A stretch of 60,688 nucleotides of DNA. Source: Spirogloea muscicola (lineage: Eukaryota). Made by a program: the position numbers and the translations under genes. Where the stretch lies: assembly GCA_009602725.1 (NCBI GenBank), contig WELB01000018.1, positions 1,052,354-1,113,041 of the forward strand, read 5' to 3'. Each line of letters opens with the position of its first letter. Within the stretch, counting starts at the first letter, position 1. The notes beneath the pieces were generated by a model. The model saw only the letters and a list, made by a program, of their open reading frames with translations. It searched no databases and had not been told where the DNA came from. Positions 56,470 through 60,688 of this stretch are shown here, in pieces.

Positions 56470-59400
56470 CTAGGCGCGGGACCGAAAGTGGCTGACCGGC
56501 AAAACTTCAAAGCCTGTCCTTTGGAGGTGCCTGAAGTGCCGCCAGAGGTCCTCCAGCGGCACAAAGGGAAGGACGCCCGCGAGTAGTGGCAACACTATGA
56601 CCAGCATAGTGTGGAAAGCTAGCTTCCTGAGCCACGTGGGCACCAGCTTGCCCTGCGGCGGCTGTGCGGCGTGCTCGGCTGGCCGGCCATTCAGCAGCCT
56701 GTACAGCAGCTGAGTGTTCCAGATAGCGAAGGCATGCAGCCCACAAAGGCACCACCAGCAGGCCAGCCAGTGCGACCCCCTTGCCCCAACTCCGTCCACA
56801 GCCGTCTTGCCGAAGTACGCGCAGATGCCCCCGAGCATCAGCACAAGCACGGTTGCCGGTTGCCTCTGAGGAGCGACCAAAGTTCAATTCCAATCAACTT
56901 ATGACCCGAGTCTTGCTACATAGCCATCAGATGATACGCCCCATGATGCAAAAGTCAGTGTGAAGCCCAGCCAGGTCAGATATTCAAGCTCAAGCCGGCG
57001 ACAGCAGCATGAAGTCAATGCACAGCAACATATCAGGAGCACTGCCCACGCGTGACCTGTGGATATTAGAGGGGATACCAACCTGTATGGTCTCTACATT
57101 CTTCTGCAGGGAGATGACTGCGAGGATCACGAAAGCCATGAGCATGTAGCCCATGACTGCAAATTGGCAGCCAATCACTTGGAGGCGGGTGTTCCAGCCA
57201 TCGAAGTAGTGAGACAGGCTGATGCTGTACCAGGGACTTGTTCGAGCGCGCTGGCAACAACAAGCAGCAAAGTGAGGAGTAGCAGTTGACATATACACAG
57301 CCCATGCAGAGCTCAAATCGGATGCAGGGCTGCATTTCTTGGACTGCAACATGGACAGACTATACTAGGAGCATTAGACGGGCATTACGATATCAGATAT
57401 GAGACTAAAGTAAGTTGTCAGACCTTAGAGCTGACCACAAAACACCACATATTATGTGGCACTCCGTGAGTGGGTGGGAGACATGCAGGCCAGCTTATGG
57501 TGAAAAAAGCAGCAACTACAGCACACGAGGCATCGCTCATTCACTGACCCTGGCTGCCCACTGGTGGCAGACGTCAAGCTCGCCGGCAAAATGTGCCAGC
57601 GGACTTCCAGCCGGCGTAGAGGAGAGCCAGCAGCATTACACGGAGCCCCATGGCGAGCTCGTCTGCACATAGCCTGGTCAGCCTGCCAAGCTCGTCGCGC
57701 TCACGGTCCACTCGCAACTGCTGTTCTCGTGGTGCAAGTTTGCCGCGCCCAATCTTGACCTTCTCCTTCATCAGCTCATTGGCATCCAGCGCCAGCTGGA
57801 CCTGCCGCTCCTTCAGCTTGGCTGCGTGATGTGAATGCAGGAGCTTGAGCGTGCTCAGGCGCGTGCGCTCTTGGTAGACGTCAACATAGCGCGAGAATGC
57901 TTGCGCAAGCGCGCCCTGCCGCAAGTCCTGGCCTCCCCGGACTGCAGAGCCAGCCAGCATTGGTACAAGCGCCATCAGTGGACTTGCTGCCACACTCTCC
58001 GACGGCACCTCTGCATGTCTCCTCCGGCCACCATCTGCTCGTGCAGCGCTGCCTGCTTGACTGTCACGGTCAGGACTGCCTGCTCTGCTGTTGCTGCTGC
58101 CAGACACGTCTCCTTCACCTGTGCGGTGCGCTTCAGTGTCGCCGTTTGTGCAGCCCCTGCGGTCGTGCTCCTCATGTGACATAAGGCCTTCTGCTAGGAG
58201 CCTCGCATTGCTGAGGACCCCCTCTTCTGTGCTGGATCGCCTATGCAGGCTCCAACAGTCTGGCATGGTGCTCGCCCGTGGCTCTGATGGCTTCGACCAC
58301 TGTGCTTGTTCCATACCTTCCCTTCCATTACCAGCTGCGGCGTCCACCAGCTCGCTCAACACCTCCCCAGCGTCGTCCACCTCCTGCACATCCTTTGCAG
58401 CCTCCGCACCATGTGACTCGCCAGCATCCTCAGCATCAATGCTCCCCAACTCGGCGGGCGCCTGTCTCGGGCCTGGTTGAACCGTTGATACTCCCGGATG
58501 CTCGGCCACGCTGCTAGTCCTCCTGCCGTCATCTGCTGCAGAAAACTGCCTGGTGGCGGCCAGCTCTCCAGTCGCCTCCGCAGCTAGGTCAAAACCCCCT
58601 GCGAGCTTGGTGGACTGCTTGGAGACAGAGCAGCCAAAGTGATCGCCTCCCTCACCGGCAACATGTTCTCTGGCTGGCTGACCATAAAGCTCCAAGCCTC
58701 CAACAGCCGCGACCTTGGGTGGGCTTCTGACCAACTGCAGCCTTGTCGCGGCCGCCTCCGTCTGCGCGAGCGTAGCCAGCACCTGCCGGAAGGACTGCAG
58801 GAGCTGCCGCGCAAAGTCCTGCCGCTCGGCTCCCAGCACCTGGTCAGGCAGGAAAGCGAGCTCCTTGAGAAGGCATCTCCTGATGACATGGGCCACTGCG
58901 ACCAATCAGGCAAACACAGCCACGTGTCAGAGTACGCATCTGCACCAGCTCCTTCGGACGTCCCACTGCAACTGAAGTTGGGCGGGCCAGAGTCCTACAG
59001 GCTTCAGCGCAGCATCCACCGCAGCCTCCAGAAGCTGCAGGGCAGTCCCGTGCAGACAGGTCAGCTCGTCGGTGTGCGTCACAGGAAGTTGGGCATGTCA
59101 AGCAGTGGCAGCAGTGCTCCAGCGACCTAAGAGCCTGCCACCAGTGGCGCACTGTCTGCGGGAGCCACTAACCTCTGCAACTTCGTTCCCAGTTGGTGAG
59201 ATCTCGCCCAATGCCTGCTGGTGCGTCATGACCTGCATGCACAACCGTGCTGCATAAGCACCGTCCTTTCTAGTGCAGGGCATCCATCGAGCATGGCGGC
59301 TCAGCGGCTGGAGCTTGCTGACCTTGCTCAAAACGACAGCTGTGGCGAGGCCGAGTGCTGGTGCCAGCTTTGAGGCCCCGGGTCCTGCAACCGCCCGCTG

Positions 59401-60688
59401 GAGTAGCTCGTCCTCCACTGTCGCTGCGCTCAGTGTGGCCTCCACCTTTGCAGTGTCGACTTCTGGCAACAGGCCATTCCGGAGATCACCTGCCTCCTCC
59501 TCCACCTGCCCCTCGCTGTTGCAGTCTGCTGAGGTCTCATACTGCGTGGCGCTAGGACCTCCCTGGTGAAGTCGTGCCAGCCGTCGGAATAATGATAGTG
59601 CAAACAGTAGGCCCCCAAGCACGGCCGCGGCTGTTGCGAGTGACGGTGGCGGTGCCCTGGAAGGAGAACTTCTAGAGAGAGTGAGATAGAAGTTCCATAG
59701 CTACTGTCTATGCAGCCAGCAGCTCCACCCTATCCCGTCACCTCCTCTCTCCCTGACTGTCCTCACGTGCAGCCCTCCTAGCAACATGTGGCAGGTGCTC
59801 TGCAGGCGGCAGAGTGTGCGTCGTCAAGCCCACATCACCGATGCCACGAGCGATGCGAGAGGCAGCGTCAAGGAGTGGGCCAGCAAGTACGTGCCTGGGG
59901 GTGGCTTGGCCAGGCGGCACCTCTGCCTCGGCGCCCTGCCCGCTGACGCTGCAGCTCAAATTGTCTGCAGGTGCGATGAAGAGTCACGCCTCGTCCATTA
60001 TCCGAGTCAAAGGCCCCACATTTGCGAGCAGCGCTGCAGTTGAGCCAGTGCATGCCATGCATGCCATGCATCCAGTAGGAGCCTCACCTGGCAGAGGCGG
60101 CGGCGCTGCTTGCGGAAGAGCTTCGTGATGGCCAGGCATGCCGTCGGCATCTCCGGCAGGCTGTCCGGGCAGCTCAGCTGGCGGCAACGCCTGGCTGAGC
60201 CACTGCGCGAGTGCATCGTGCGAGCCCGTGCCGCTGCCGTCGCCGTCGCCGCCGAGGCTGGCAGGCTTGCCAAGGGTGGTGGCCGGGAGCTCTGCATGTA
60301 CGCCGGAGGCCGCCGCGAGCTGGTCGCTGCTCCAACCAGTGACGCCGCTGAAGGCAGCGCCGCCGGCGGGGCACACAGGGTCCTGCCGCTCGCAGCGTCC
60401 TTCGCCGTCGCCGCCGCCGCCGCGGCCGAGCGCGCAGGCCAGGGAGCTCGGGGCGGCATCCACCTCCGCCGGGCTGTCGCGACCCGAGGCCCCGCGCGAC
60501 AGCCCCCTCTTAAACCCCCGCACGACCGGCAGTGGGCAAGGACCCATCTGCAACCGCGACGGCGGCGGCGGCGGCGGCGGCGGCGGACCGTCGCGGCTCA
60601 CCTCGGGCTGGCCATCTCGGTCGAGCTCGGCGGAGGGGGCGCGGCGCCATCGGGGGCGGCAGCGGCGGCAGCGATGCCCGCCACGCAG
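56470..60688 (-). CDS. CPR5: CPR5-like nuclear-envelope membrane protein, multi-exon; 5' end near or beyond window end
   Basis: Coiled coil KLKERQVQLALDANELMKEKVKIG...LCADELAMGL, followed by TM segments PATVLVLMLGGICAYFGKTAVDGVG..G.HWLACW and IVLPLLAGVLPF..L..W..HF that align by eye with the plant CPR5 C-terminus. Confidence 0.85.

Noticed and set aside
57595..57640. SRRRGEPA on the + strand resembling the retrotransposon RLE tail
   Set aside because: It lies antisense to the CPR5 transmembrane exon (MLLALLYAGWK) and the similarity does not extend.
30132..60688. PR-1 pair, LysM and CPR5 as an immunity gene cluster
   Set aside because: They are separated by unrelated housekeeping genes, with no evidence beyond co-occurrence in 30 kb.

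Overview
This is eukaryotic, intron-rich, GC-rich nuclear DNA, most likely from a streptophyte (charophyte-type) green alga. That assignment is inferred from plant-type spatacsin, SAC3B, CPR5 and PR-1 genes in a compact, high-GC layout. I can support 13 spliced genes: spatacsin/SPG11, M17 leucine aminopeptidase, NAA50, SAC3B, two divergent CAP/PR-1 paralogs, a TM+LEA-like+LysM protein, an unknown small protein, serine acetyltransferase, ATG10, an NTF2/SnoaL-like protein, DENND11/LCHN-like and CPR5. All six multi-base assembly gaps fall in extremely GC-rich gene 5' ends. The most striking feature is intergenic: more than 25 fragments of a CRE-like non-LTR retrotransposon family (RT plus restriction-like endonuclease, RLE). 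Many copies are ultra-short 3' ends (28-200 nt) flanked by 6-14 bp target-site duplications (TSDs). They end in T/C-rich tails instead of poly(A) and most carry a conserved GGGCTG-loop-CAGCCC hairpin. They insert into each other and repeatedly into the same site, giving TSD-unit-TSD-unit-TSD micro-arrays. All calls come from reading motifs by eye; no database searches were run, and some exon boundaries are approximate.
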